Source: Euprymna scolopes (taxonomy: Eukaryota). Taken from it: a stretch of 64,000 nucleotides of DNA. The notes below the pieces were generated by a model. The model had not been told where the DNA came from, did not search any database, and saw only the letters and a list, made by a program, of their open reading frames with translations. The translations under genes were made by a program, and so were the position numbers. The stretch lies in NCBI GenBank assembly GCA_053919585.1, contig CM132825.1; one strand, 5' to 3'. Below are positions 24,001 to 40,275 of this stretch, one piece after another. Each line of letters begins with the position of its first letter. Position 1 is the stretch's first letter.

Positions 24001-27000
24001 TTACATGAACACCGTTTTAGAGATAAGTGTCAAAAACTAAAAACATTACCTATAAACACTGATAATTTCATGAGAATTCAGTAGTTACATGAACACCGTT
24101 TTAGAGACAGGTGTCAAAAACTAAAAACATTACCTATAAACACTGATAATTTCATGAGAATACAGTATTTACATGAACACCGTTTTAGAGATAAGTGTCA
24201 AAAACTAAAAACATTACCTATAAACACTGATAATTTCATGAGAATTCAGTATTTACATGAACACCGTTTTAGAGATAAGTGTCAAAAATTAAAAACATTA
24301 CCTATAAACACTGATAATTTCATGAGAATACAGTATTTACATGAACACCGTTTAAGAGATTAGTGTCAAAAACTAAAAACATTACCTATAAACACTGATA
24401 ATTTCATGAGAATACAGTATTTACATGAACACCGTTTTAGAGATAAGTGTCAAACATTAAAAACATTACCTATAAACACTGATAATTTCATGAGAATACA
24501 GTATTTACATGAACACCGTTTTAGAGAAATGGCCAAAAATTAAAAACATTACCTATAAACACTGATAAGTTCATGAGAATACAGTATTTACATGAACACC
24601 GTTTTAGAGATAAGTGTCAAAAATTTAAAACATTACCTATAAACACTGATAATTTCATGAGAATACAGTATTTACATGAACACCGTTTTAGAGATAAGTG
24701 TCAAAAATTAAAAACATTACCTATAAACACTGATAATTTCATGAGAATACAGTATTTACATGAACACCGTTTTAGAGATAAGTGTCAAAAACTAAAAACA
24801 TTACCTATAAACACTGATAATTTCATGAGAATACAGTATTTACATGAACACCATTTTAGAGATAAGTGTCAAAAATTAAAAACATTACCTATAAACACTG
24901 ATAAGTTCATGAGAATACAGTATTTACATGAACACCGTTTTAGAGATAAGTGTCAAAAATTTAAAACATTACCTATAAACACTGATAATTTCATGAGAAT
25001 ACAGTATTTATATGAACACCGTTTTAGAGATAAGTGTCAAAAATTAAAAACATTACCTATAAACACTGATAAGTTCATGAGAATACAGTATTTACATGAA
25101 CACCGTTTTAGAGATAAGTGTCAAAAACTAAAAACATTACCTATAAACACTCATAATTTCATGAGAATACAGTATTAACATGAACACCGTTTTAGAGATA
25201 AGTGTCAAAAACTAAAAACATTACCTATAAACACTGATAATTTCATGAGAATACAGTATTTACATGAACACCGTTTTAGAGATAAGTGTCAAAAATTTAA
25301 AACATTACCTATAAACACTGATAATTTCATGAGAATACAGTATTTATATGAACACCGTTTTAGAGATAAGTGTCAAAAATTAAAAACATTACCTATAAAC
25401 ACTGATAATTTCATGAGAATACAGTATTAACATGAACACCGTTTTAGAGATAAGTGTCAAAAACTAAAAACATTACCTATAAACACTGATAATTTCATGA
25501 GAATACAGTATTAACATGAACACCGTTTTAGAGATAAATGTCAAAAACTAAAAACATTACCTATAAACACTGATAATTTCATGAGAATACAGTATTTACA
25601 TGAACACCGTTTTAGAGATGAGTGTCAAAAACTAAAAACATTACCTATAAACACTGATAATTTCATGAGAATACAGTATTTATATGAACACCGTTTTAGA
25701 GATAAGTGTCAAAAACTAAAAACATTACCTATAAACACTGATAATTTCATGAGAATACAGTATTTATATGAACACCGTTTTAGAGATAAGTGTCAAAAAC
25801 TAAAAACATTACCTATAAACACTGATAATTTCATGAGAATACAGTATTTACATGAACACCGTTTTAGAGATAAGTGTCAAAAACTAAAAACATTACCTAT
25901 AAACACTGATAATTTCATGAGAATACAGTATTTATATGAACACCGTTTTAGAGATAAGTGTCAAAAACTAAAAACATTACCTATAAACACTGATAATTTC
26001 ATGAGAATACAGTATTTACATGAACACCGTTTTAGAGATAAGTGTCAAAAACTAAAAACATTACCTATAAACACTGATAATTTCATGAGAATACAGTATT
26101 TATATGAACACCGTTTTAGAGATAAGTGTCAAAAATTAAAAACATTACCTATAAACACTGATAATTTCATGAGAATACAGTATTTACATGAACACCGTTT
26201 TAGAGATAAGTGTCAAAAATTTAACACATTACCTATAAACACTGATAATTTCATGAGATGACAGTATTTACATGAACACCGTTTAAGAGATAAGTGTCAA
26301 AAACTAAAAACATTACCTATCAACACTGATAATTTCATGAGAATACAGTATTTACATGAACACCATTTTAGAGATAAGTGTCAAAAAATAAAAACATTAC
26401 CTATAAACACTGATAAGTTCATGAGAATTCGGTATTTACATGAACACCGTTTTAGAGATAAGTGTCAAAAATTAAAAACATTACCTATAAACACTGATAA
26501 TTTCATGAGAATACAGTATTTACATGAACACCGTTTTAGAGATAAGTGTCAAAAACTAAAAACATTACCTATAAACACTGATAATTTCATGAGAATACAG
26601 TATTTACATGAACACCGTTTTAGAGATAAGTGTCAAAAACTAAAAACATTACCTATAAACACTGATAATTTAATGAGAATTCAGTATTTACATGAACACC
26701 GTTTTAGAGATAAGTGTCAAAAATTAAAAACATTACCTATAAACACTGATAATTTCATGAGAATACAGTATTTACATGAACACCGTTTTAGAGATAAGTG
26801 TCAAAAACTAAAAACATTACCTATAAACACTGATAATTTCATGAGAATTCAGTAGTTACATGAACACCGTTTTAGAGACAGGTGTCAAAAACTAAAAACA
26901 TTACCTATAAACACTGATAATTTCATGAGAATACAGTATTTACATGAACACCGTTTTAGAGATAAGTGTCAAAAACTAAAAACATTACCTATAAACACTG

Positions 27001-30000
27001 ATAATTTCATGAGAATTCAGTATTTACATGAACACCGTTTTAGAGATAAGTGTCAAAAATTAAAAACATTACCTATAAACACTGATAATTTCATGAGAAT
27101 ACAGTATTTACATGAACACCGTTTAAGAGATTAGTGTCAAAAACTAAAAACATTACCTATAAACACTGATAATTTCATGAGAATACAGTATTTACATGAA
27201 CACCGTTTTAGAGATAAGTGTCAAAAACTAAAAACATTACCTATAAACACTGATAATTTCATGAGAATACAGTATTTACATGAACACCATTTTAGAGATA
27301 AGTGTAAAAATTAAAAACATTACCTATAAACACTGATAAGTTCATGAGAATACAGTATTTACATGAACACCGTTTTAGAGATAAGTGTCAAAAATTTAAA
27401 ACATTACCTATAAACACTGATAATTTCATGAGAATACAGTATTTACATGAACACCGTTTTAGAGATAAGTGTCAAAAATTAAAAACATTACCTATAAACA
27501 CTGATAATTTCATGAGAATACAGTATTTACATGAACACCGTTTTAGAGATAAGTGTCAAAAACTAAAAACATTACCTATAAACACTGATAATTTCATGAG
27601 AATACAGTATTTACATGAACACCATTTTAGAGATAAGTGTCAAAAATTAAAAACATTACCTATAAACACTGATAAGTTCATGAGAATACAGTATTTACAT
27701 GAACACCGTTTTAGAGATAAGTGTCAAAAATTTAAAACATTACCTATAAACACTGATAATTTCATGAGAATACAGTATTTATATGAACACCGTTTTAGAG
27801 ATAAGTGTCAAAAATTAAAAACATTACCTATAAACACTGATAAGTTCATGAGAATACAGTATTTACATGAACACCGTTTTAGAGATAAGTGTCAAAAACT
27901 AAAAACATTACCTATAAACACTCATAATTTCATGAGAATACAGTATTAACATGAACACCGTTTTAGAGATAAGTGTCAAAAACTAAAAACATTACCTATA
28001 AACACTGATAATTTCATGAGAATACAGTATTTACATGAACACCGTTTTAGAGATAAGTGTCAAAAATTTAAAACATTACCTATAAACACTGATAATTTCA
28101 TGAGAATACAGTATTTATATGAACACCGTTTTAGAGATAAGTGTCAAAAATTAAAAACATTACCTATAAACACTGATAATTTCATGAGAATACAGTATTA
28201 ACATGAACACCGTTTTAGAGATAAGTGTCAAAAACTAAAAACATTACCTATAAACACTGATAATTTCATGAGAATACAGTATTAACATGAACACCGTTTT
28301 AGAGATAAATGTCAAAAACTAAAAACATTACCTATAAACACTGATAATTTCATGAGAATACAGTATTTACATGAACACCGTTTTAGAGATGAGTGTCAAA
28401 AACTAAAAACATTACCTATAAACACTGATAATTTCATGAGAATACAGTATTTATATGAACACCGTTTTAGAGATAAGTGTCAAAAACTAAAAACATTACC
28501 TATAAACACTGATAATTTCATGAGAATACAGTATTTATATGAACACCGTTTTAGAGATAAGTGTCAAAAACTAAAAACATTACCTATAAACACTGATAAT
28601 TTCATGAGAATACAGTATTTACATGAACACCGTTTTAGAGATAAGTGTCAAAAACTAAAAACATTACCTATAAACACTGATAATTTCATGAGAATACAGT
28701 ATTTATATGAACACCGTTTTAGAGATAAGTGTCAAAAACTAAAAACATTACCTATAAACACTGATAATTTCATGAGAATACAGTATTTACATGAACACCG
28801 TTTTAGAGATAAGTGTCAAAAACTAAAAACATTACCTATAAACACTGATAATTTCATGAGAATACAGTATTTATATGAACACCGTTTTAGAGATAAGTGT
28901 CAAAAATTAAAAACATTACCTATAAACACTGATAATTTCATGAGAATACAGTATTTACATGAACACCGTTTTAGAGATAAGTGTCAAAAATTTAAAACAT
29001 TACCTATAAACACTGATAATTTCATGAGATGACAGTATTTACATGAACACCGTTTTAGAGATAAGTGTCAAAAACTAAAAACATTACCTATCAACACTGA
29101 TAATTTCATGAGAATACAGTATTTACATGAACACTGTTTAAGAGATAAGTGTCAAAAACTAAAAACATTACCTATAAACACTGATAATTTCATGAGAATA
29201 CAGTATTTACATGAACACCGTTTTAGAGATAAGTGTCAAAAACTAAAAACATTACCTATAAACACTGATAATTTCATGAGAATACAGTATTTACATGAAC
29301 ACCATTTTAGAGATAAGTGTAAAAATTAAAAACATTACCTATAAACACTGATAAGTTCATGAGAATACAGTATTTACATGAACACCGTTTTAGAGATAAG
29401 TGTCAAAAATTTAAAACATTACCTATAAACACTGATAATTTCATGAGATGACAGTATTTACATGAACACCGTTTTAGAGATAAGTGTCAAAAATTAAAAA
29501 CATTACCTATAAACACTGATAATTTCATGAGAATACAGTATTTACATGAACACCGTTTTAGAGATAAGTGTCAAAAACTAAAAACATTACCTATAAACAC
29601 TGATAATTTCATGAGAATACAGTATTTACATGAACACCATTTTAGAGATAAGTGTCAAAAATTAAAAACATTACCTATAAACACTGATAAGTTCATGAGA
29701 ATACAGTATTTACATGAACACCGTTTTAGAGATAAGTGTCAAAAATTAAAAACATTACCTATAAACACTGATAATTTCATGAGAATACAGTATTAACATG
29801 AACACCGTTTTAGAGATAAGTGTCAAAAACTAAAAACATTACCTATAAACACTGATAATTTCATGAGAATACAGTATTTATATGAACACCGTTTTAGAGA
29901 TAAGTGTCAAAAACTAAAAACATTACCTATAAACACTGATAATTTCATGAGAATACAGTATTTACATGAACACCGTTTTAGAGATAAGTGTCAAAAACTA

Positions 30001-33000
30001 AAAACATTACCTATAAACACTGATAATTTCATGAGAATACAGTATTTATATGAACACCGTTTTAGAGATAAGTGTCAAAAACTAAAAACATTACCTATAA
30101 ACACTGATAATTTCATGAGAATACAGTATTTACATGAACACCGTTTTAGAGATAAGTGTCAAAAACTAAAAACATTACCTATAAACACTGATAATTTCAT
30201 GAGAATACAGTATTTATATGAACACCGTTTTAGAGATAAGTGTCAAAAATTAAAAACATTACCTATAAACACTGATAATTTCATGAGAATACAGTATTTA
30301 CATGAACACCGTTTTAGAGATAAGTGTCAAAAATTTAACACATTACCTATAAACACTGATAATTTCATGAGATGACAGTATTTACATGAACACCGTTTAA
30401 GAGATAAGTGTCAAAAACTAAAAACATTACCTATCAACACTGATAATTTCATGAGAATACAGTATTTACATGAACACCATTTTAGAGATAAGTGTCAAAA
30501 AATAAAAACATTACCTATAAACACTGATAAGTTCATGAGAATTCGGTATTTACATGAACACCGTTTTAGAGATAAGTGTCAAAAATTAAAAACATTACCT
30601 ATAAACACTGATAATTTCATGAGAATACAGTATTTACATGAACACCGTTTTAGAGATAAGTGTCAAAAACTAAAAACATTACCTATAAACACTGATAATT
30701 TCATGAGAATACAGTATTTACATGAACACCGTTTTAGAGATAAGTGTCAAAAACTAAAAACATTACCTATAAACACTGATAATTTAATGAGAATTCAGTA
30801 TTTACATGAACACCGTTTTAGAGATAAGTGTCAAAAATTAAAAACATTACCTATAAACACTGATAATTTCATGAGAATACAGTATTTACATGAACACCGT
30901 TTTAGAGATAAGTGTCAAAAACTAAAAACATTACCTATAAACACTGATAATTTCATGAGAATTCAGTAGTTACATGAACACCGTTTTAGAGACAGGTGTC
31001 AAAAACTAAAAACATTACCTATAAACACTGATAATTTCATGAGAATACAGTATTTACATGAACACCGTTTTAGAGATAAGTGTCAAAAACTAAAAACATT
31101 ACCTATAAACACTGATAATTTCATGAGAATTCAGTATTTACATGAACACCGTTTTAGAGATAAGTGTCAAAAATTAAAAACATTACCTATAAACACTGAT
31201 AATTTCATGAGAATACAGTATTTACATGAACACCGTTTAAGAGATTAGTGTCAAAAACTAAAAACATTACCTATAAACACTGATAATTTCATGAGAATAC
31301 AGTATTTACATGAACACCGTTTTAGAGATAAGTGTCAAAAACTAAAAACATTACCTATAAACACTGATAATTTCATGAGAATACAGTATTTACATGAACA
31401 CCATTTTAGAGATAAGTGTAAAAATTAAAAACATTACCTATAAACACTGATAAGTTCATGAGAATACAGTATTTACATGAACACCGTTTTAGAGATAAGT
31501 GTCAAAAATTTAAAACATTACCTATAAACACTGATAATTTCATGAGAATACAGTATTTACATGAACACCGTTTTAGAGATAAGTGTCAAAAATTAAAAAC
31601 ATTACCTATAAACACTGATAATTTCATGAGAATACAGTATTTACATGAACACCGTTTTAGAGATAAGTGTCAAAAACTAAAAACATTACCTATAAACACT
31701 GATAATTTCATGAGAATACAGTATTTACATGAACACCATTTTAGAGATAAGTGTCAAAAATTAAAAACATTACCTATAAACACTGATAAGTTCATGAGAA
31801 TACAGTATTTACATGAACACCGTTTTAGAGATAAGTGTCAAAAATTTAAAACATTACCTATAAACACTGATAATTTCATGAGAATACAGTATTTATATGA
31901 ACACCGTTTTAGAGATAAGTGTCAAAAATTAAAAACATTACCTATAAACACTGATAAGTTCATGAGAATACAGTATTTACATGAACACCGTTTTAGAGAT
32001 AAGTGTCAAAAACTAAAAACATTACCTATAAACACTCATAATTTCATGAGAATACAGTATTAACATGAACACCGTTTTAGAGATAAGTGTCAAAAACTAA
32101 AAACATTACCTATAAACACTGATAATTTCATGAGAATACAGTATTTACATGAACACCGTTTTAGAGATAAGTGTCAAAAATTTAAAACATTACCTATAAA
32201 CACTGATAATTTCATGAGAATACAGTATTTATATGAACACCGTTTTAGAGATAAGTGTCAAAAATTAAAAACATTACCTATAAACACTGATAATTTCATG
32301 AGAATACAGTATTAACATGAACACCGTTTTAGAGATAAGTGTCAAAAACTAAAAACATTACCTATAAACACTGATAATTTCATGAGAATACAGTATTAAC
32401 ATGAACACCGTTTTAGAGATAAATGTCAAAAACTAAAAACATTACCTATAAACACTGATAATTTCATGAGAATACAGTATTTACATGAACACCGTTTTAG
32501 AGATGAGTGTCAAAAACTAAAAACATTACCTATAAACACTGATAATTTCATGAGAATACAGTATTTATATGAACACCGTTTTAGAGATAAGTGTCAAAAA
32601 CTAAAAACATTACCTATAAACACTGATAATTTCATGAGAATACAGTATTTATATGAACACCGTTTTAGAGATAAGTGTCAAAAACTAAAAACATTACCTA
32701 TAAACACTGATAATTTCATGAGAATACAGTATTTACATGAACACCGTTTTAGAGATAAGTGTCAAAAACTAAAAACATTACCTATAAACACTGATAATTT
32801 CATGAGAATACAGTATTTATATGAACACCGTTTTAGAGATAAGTGTCAAAAACTAAAAACATTACCTATAAACACTGATAATTTCATGAGAATACAGTAT
32901 TTACATGAACACCGTTTTAGAGATAAGTGTCAAAAACTAAAAACATTACCTATAAACACTGATAATTTCATGAGAATACAGTATTTATATGAACACCGTT

Positions 33001-36000
33001 TTAGAGATAAGTGTCAAAAATTAAAAACATTACCTATAAACACTGATAATTTCATGAGAATACAGTATTTACATGAACACCGTTTTAGAGATAAGTGTCA
33101 AAAATTTAAAACATTACCTATAAACACTGATAATTTCATGAGATGACAGTATTTACATGAACACCGTTTTAGAGATAAGTGTCAAAAACTAAAAACATTA
33201 CCTATCAACACTGATAATTTCATGAGAATACAGTATTTACATGAACACTGTTTAAGAGATAAGTGTCAAAAACTAAAAACATTACCTATAAACACTGATA
33301 ATTTCATGAGAATACAGTATTTACATGAACACCGTTTTAGAGATAAGTGTCAAAAACTAAAAACATTACCTATAAACACTGATAATTTCATGAGAATACA
33401 GTATTTACATGAACACCATTTTAGAGATAAGTGTAAAAATTAAAAACATTACCTATAAACACTGATAAGTTCATGAGAATACAGTATTTACATGAACACC
33501 GTTTTAGAGATAAGTGTCAAAAATTTAAAACATTACCTATAAACACTGATAATTTCATGAGATGACAGTATTTACATGAACACCGTTTTAGAGATAAGTG
33601 TCAAAAATTAAAAACATTACCTATAAACACTGATAATTTCATGAGAATACAGTATTTACATGAACACCGTTTTAGAGATAAGTGTCAAAAACTAAAAACA
33701 TTACCTATAAACACTGATAATTTCATGAGAATACAGTATTTACATGAACACCATTTTAGAGATAAGTGTCAAAAATTAAAAACATTACCTATAAACACTG
33801 ATAAGTTCATGAGAATACAGTATTTACATGAACACCGTTTTAGAGATAAGTGTCAAAAATTTAAAACATTACCTATAAACACTGATAATTTCATGAGAAT
33901 ACAGTATTTATATGAACACCGTTTTAGAGATAAGTGTCAAAAATAAAAAAACATTACCTATAAACACTGATAAGTTCATGAGAATACAGTATTTACATGA
34001 ACACCGTTTTAGAGATAAGTGTCAAAAACTAAAAACATTACCTATAAACACTCATAATTTCATGAGAATACAGTATTAACATGAACACCGTTTTAGAGAT
34101 AAGTGTCAAAAACTAAAAACATTACCTATAAACACTGATAATTTCATGAGAATACAGTATTTACATGAACACCGTTTTAGAGATAAGTGTCAAAAACTAA
34201 AAACATTACCTATAAACACTGATAATTTCATGAGAATACAGTATTTATATGAACACCGTTTTAGAGATAAGTGTCAAAAACTAAAAACATTACCTATAAA
34301 CACTGATAATTTCATGAGAATACAGTATTTACATGAACACCGTTTTAGAGATAAGTGTCAAAAACTAAAAACATTACCTATAAACACTGATAATTTCATG
34401 AGAATACAGTATTTATATGAACACCGTTTTAGAGATAAGTGTCAAAAATTAAAAACATTACCTATAAACACTGATAATTTCATGAGAATACAGTATTTAC
34501 ATGAACACCGTTTTAGAGATAAGTGTCAAAAATTTAACACATTACCTATAAACACTGATAATTTCATGAGATGACAGTATTTACATGAACACCGTTTAAG
34601 AGATAAGTGTCAAAAACTAAAAACATTACCTATCAACACTGATAATTTCATGAGAATACAGTATTTACATGAACACCATTTTAGAGATAAGTGTCAAAAA
34701 ATAAAAACATTACCTATAAACACTGATAAGTTCATGAGAATTCGGTATTTACATGAACACCGTTTTAGAGATAAGTGTCAAAAATTAAAAACATTACCTA
34801 TAAACACTGATAATTTCATGAGAATACAGTATTTACATGAACACCGTTTTAGAGATAAGTGTCAAAAACTAAAAACATTACCTATAAACACTGATAATTT
34901 CATGAGAATACAGTATTTACATGAACACCGTTTTAGAGATAAGTGTCAAAAACTAAAAACATTACCTATAAACACTGATAATTTAATGAGAATTCAGTAT
35001 TTACATGAACACCGTTTTAGAGATAAGTGTCAAAAATTAAAAACATTACCTATAAACACTGATAATTTCATGAGAATACAGTATTTACATGAACACCGTT
35101 TTAGAGATAAGTGTCAAAAACTAAAAACATTACCTATAAACACTGATAATTTCATGAGAATTCAGTAGTTACATGAACACCGTTTTAGAGACAGGTGTCA
35201 AAAACTAAAAACATTACCTATAAACACTGATAATTTCATGAGAATACAGTATTTACATGAACACCGTTTTAGAGATAAGTGTCAAAAACTAAAAACATTA
35301 CCTATAAACACTGATAATTTCATGAGAATTCAGTATTTACATGAACACCGTTTTAGAGATAAGTGTCAAAAATTAAAAACATTACCTATAAACACTGATA
35401 ATTTCATGAGAATACAGTATTTACATGAACACCGTTTAAGAGATTAGTGTCAAAAACTAAAAACATTACCTATAAACACTGATAATTTCATGAGAATACA
35501 GTATTTACATGAACACCGTTTTAGAGATAAGTGTCAAAAACTAAAAACATTACCTATAAACACTGATAATTTCATGAGAATACAGTATTTACATGAACAC
35601 CATTTTAGAGATAAGTGTAAAAATTAAAAACATTACCTATAAACACTGATAAGTTCATGAGAATACAGTATTTACATGAACACCGTTTTAGAGATAAGTG
35701 TCAAAAATTTAAAACATTACCTATAAACACTGATAATTTCATGAGAATACAGTATTTACATGAACACCGTTTTAGAGATAAGTGTCAAAAATTAAAAACA
35801 TTACCTATAAACACTGATAATTTCATGAGAATACAGTATTTACATGAACACCGTTTTAGAGATAAGTGTCAAAAACTAAAAACATTACCTATAAACACTG
35901 ATAATTTCATGAGAATACAGTATTTACATGAACACCATTTTAGAGATAAGTGTCAAAAATTAAAAACATTACCTATAAACACTGATAAGTTCATGAGAAT

Positions 36001-39000
36001 ACAGTATTTACATGAACACCGTTTTAGAGATAAGTGTCAAAAATTTAAAACATTACCTATAAACACTGATAATTTCATGAGAATACAGTATTTATATGAA
36101 CACCGTTTTAGAGATAAGTGTCAAAAATTAAAAACATTACCTATAAACACTGATAAGTTCATGAGAATACAGTATTTACATGAACACCGTTTTAGAGATA
36201 AGTGTCAAAAACTAAAAACATTACCTATAAACACTCATAATTTCATGAGAATACAGTATTAACATGAACACCGTTTTAGAGATAAGTGTCAAAAACTAAA
36301 AACATTACCTATAAACACTGATAATTTCATGAGAATACAGTATTTACATGAACACCGTTTTAGAGATAAGTGTCAAAAATTTAAAACATTACCTATAAAC
36401 ACTGATAATTTCATGAGAATACAGTATTTATATGAACACCGTTTTAGAGATAAGTGTCAAAAATTAAAAACATTACCTATAAACACTGATAATTTCATGA
36501 GAATACAGTATTAACATGAACACCGTTTTAGAGATAAGTGTCAAAAACTAAAAACATTACCTATAAACACTGATAATTTCATGAGAATACAGTATTAACA
36601 TGAACACCGTTTTAGAGATAAATGTCAAAAACTAAAAACATTACCTATAAACACTGATAATTTCATGAGAATACAGTATTTACATGAACACCGTTTTAGA
36701 GATGAGTGTCAAAAACTAAAAACATTACCTATAAACACTGATAATTTCATGAGAATACAGTATTTATATGAACACCGTTTTAGAGATAAGTGTCAAAAAC
36801 TAAAAACATTACCTATAAACACTGATAATTTCATGAGAATACAGTATTTATATGAACACCGTTTTAGAGATAAGTGTCAAAAACTAAAAACATTACCTAT
36901 AAACACTGATAATTTCATGAGAATACAGTATTTACATGAACACCGTTTTAGAGATAAGTGTCAAAAACTAAAAACATTACCTATAAACACTGATAATTTC
37001 ATGAGAATACAGTATTTATATGAACACCGTTTTAGAGATAAGTGTCAAAAACTAAAAACATTACCTATAAACACTGATAATTTCATGAGAATACAGTATT
37101 TACATGAACACCGTTTTAGAGATAAGTGTCAAAAACTAAAAACATTACCTATAAACACTGATAATTTCATGAGAATACAGTATTTATATGAACACCGTTT
37201 TAGAGATAAGTGTCAAAAATTAAAAACATTACCTATAAACACTGATAATTTCATGAGAATACAGTATTTACATGAACACCGTTTTAGAGATAAGTGTCAA
37301 AAATTTAAAACATTACCTATAAACACTGATAATTTCATGAGATGACAGTATTTACATGAACACCGTTTTAGAGATAAGTGTCAAAAACTAAAAACATTAC
37401 CTATCAACACTGATAATTTCATGAGAATACAGTATTTACATGAACACTGTTTAAGAGATAAGTGTCAAAAACTAAAAACATTACCTATAAACACTGATAA
37501 TTTCATGAGAATACAGTATTTACATGAACACCGTTTTAGAGATAAGTGTCAAAAACTAAAAACATTACCTATAAACACTGATAATTTCATGAGAATACAG
37601 TATTTACATGAACACCATTTTAGAGATAAGTGTAAAAATTAAAAACATTACCTATAAACACTGATAAGTTCATGAGAATACAGTATTTACATGAACACCG
37701 TTTTAGAGATAAGTGTCAAAAATTTAAAACATTACCTATAAACACTGATAATTTCATGAGATGACAGTATTTACATGAACACCGTTTTAGAGATAAGTGT
37801 CAAAAATTAAAAACATTACCTATAAACACTGATAATTTCATGAGAATACAGTATTTACATGAACACCGTTTTAGAGATAAGTGTCAAAAACTAAAAACAT
37901 TACCTATAAACACTGATAATTTCATGAGAATACAGTATTTACATGAACACCATTTTAGAGATAAGTGTCAAAAATTAAAAACATTACCTATAAACACTGA
38001 TAAGTTCATGAGAATACAGTATTTACATGAACACCGTTTTAGAGATAAGTGTCAAAAATTTAAAACATTACCTATAAACACTGATAATTTCATGAGAATA
38101 CAGTATTTATATGAACACCGTTTTAGAGATAAGTGTCAAAAATTAAAAACATTACCTATAAACACTGATAAGTTCATGAGAATACAGTATTTACATGAAC
38201 ACCGTTTTAGAGATAAGTGTCAAAAACTAAAAACATTACCTATAAACACTCATAATTTCATGAGAATACAGTATTAACATGAACACCGTTTTAGAGATAA
38301 GTGTCAAAAACTAAAAACATTACCTATAAACACTGATAATTTCATGAGAATACAGTATTTACATGAACACCGTTTTAGAGATAAGTGTCAAAAATTTAAA
38401 ACATTACCTATAAACACTGATAATTTCATGAGAATACAGTATTTATATGAACACCGTTTTAGAGATAAGTGTCAAAAATTAAAAACATTACCTATAAACA
38501 CTGATAATTTCATGAGAATACAGTATTAACATGAACACCGTTTTAGAGATAAGTGTCAAAAACTAAAAACATTACCTATAAACACTGATAATTTCATGAG
38601 AATACAGTATTAACATGAACACCGTTTTAGAGATAAATGTCAAAAACTAAAAACATTACCTATAAACACTGATAATTTCATGAGAATACAGTATTTACAT
38701 GAACACCGTTTTAGAGATGAGTGTCAAAAACTAAAAACATTACCTATAAACACTGATAATTTCATGAGAATACAGTATTTATATGAACACCGTTTTAGAG
38801 ATAAGTGTCAAAAACTAAAAACATTACCTATAAACACTGATAATTTCATGAGAATACAGTATTTATATGAACACCGTTTTAGAGATAAGTGTCAAAAACT
38901 AAAAACATTACCTATAAACACTGATAATTTCATGAGAATACAGTATTTACATGAACACCGTTTTAGAGATAAGTGTCAAAAACTAAAAACATTACCTATA

Positions 39001-40275
39001 AACACTGATAATTTCATGAGAATACAGTATTTATATGAACACCGTTTTAGAGATAAGTGTCAAAAACTAAAAACATTACCTATAAACACTGATAATTTCA
39101 TGAGAATACAGTATTTACATGAACACCGTTTTAGAGATAAGTGTCAAAAACTAAAAACATTACCTATAAACACTGATAATTTCATGAGAATACAGTATTT
39201 ATATGAACACCGTTTTAGAGATAAGTGTCAAAAATTAAAAACATTACCTATAAACACTGATAATTTCATGAGAATACAGTATTTACATGAACACCGTTTT
39301 AGAGATAAGTGTCAAAAATTTAACACATTACCTATAAACACTGATAATTTCATGAGATGACAGTATTTACATGAACACCGTTTAAGAGATAAGTGTCAAA
39401 AACTAAAAACATTACCTATCAACACTGATAATTTCATGAGAATACAGTATTTACATGAACACCATTTTAGAGATAAGTGTCAAAAAATAAAAACATTACC
39501 TATAAACACTGATAAGTTCATGAGAATTCGGTATTTACATGAACACCGTTTTAGAGATAAGTGTCAAAAATTAAAAACATTACCTATAAACACTGATAAT
39601 TTCATGAGAATACAGTATTTACATGAACACCGTTTTAGAGATAAGTGTCAAAAACTAAAAACATTACCTATAAACACTGATAATTTCATGAGAATACAGT
39701 ATTTACATGAACACCGTTTTAGAGATAAGTGTCAAAAACTAAAAACATTACCTATAAACACTGATAATTTAATGAGAATTCAGTATTTACATGAACACCG
39801 TTTTAGAGATAAGTGTCAAAAATTAAAAACATTACCTATAAACACTGATAATTTCATGAGAATACAGTATTTACATGAACACCGTTTTAGAGATAAGTGT
39901 CAAAAACTAAAAACATTACCTATAAACACTGATAATTTCATGAGAATTCAGTAGTTACATGAACACCGTTTTAGAGACAGGTGTCAAAAACTAAAAACAT
40001 TACCTATAAACACTGATAATTTCATGAGAATACAGTATTTACATGAACACCGTTTTAGAGATAAGTGTCAAAAACTAAAAACATTACCTATAAACACTGA
40101 TAATTTCATGAGAATTCAGTATTTACATGAACACCGTTTTAGAGATAAGTGTCAAAAATTAAAAACATTACCTATAAACACTGATAATTTCATGAGAATA
40201 CAGTATTTACATGAACACCGTTTAAGAGATTAGTGTCAAAAACTAAAAACATTACCTATAAACACTGATAATTTC
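15100..40275 (+). repeat. Higher-order repeat domain 1 (24-, 33-, 49/50- and 57-mer periods)
   Basis: Diagnostic variants (GATGAG, GACAGG, ATTCGG, GATTAG, CTCATA) recur at 2015, 2771, 4114, 4198/4199 and 4786 bp spacings. The same spacings separate identical ORF-track entries. Confidence 0.92.
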
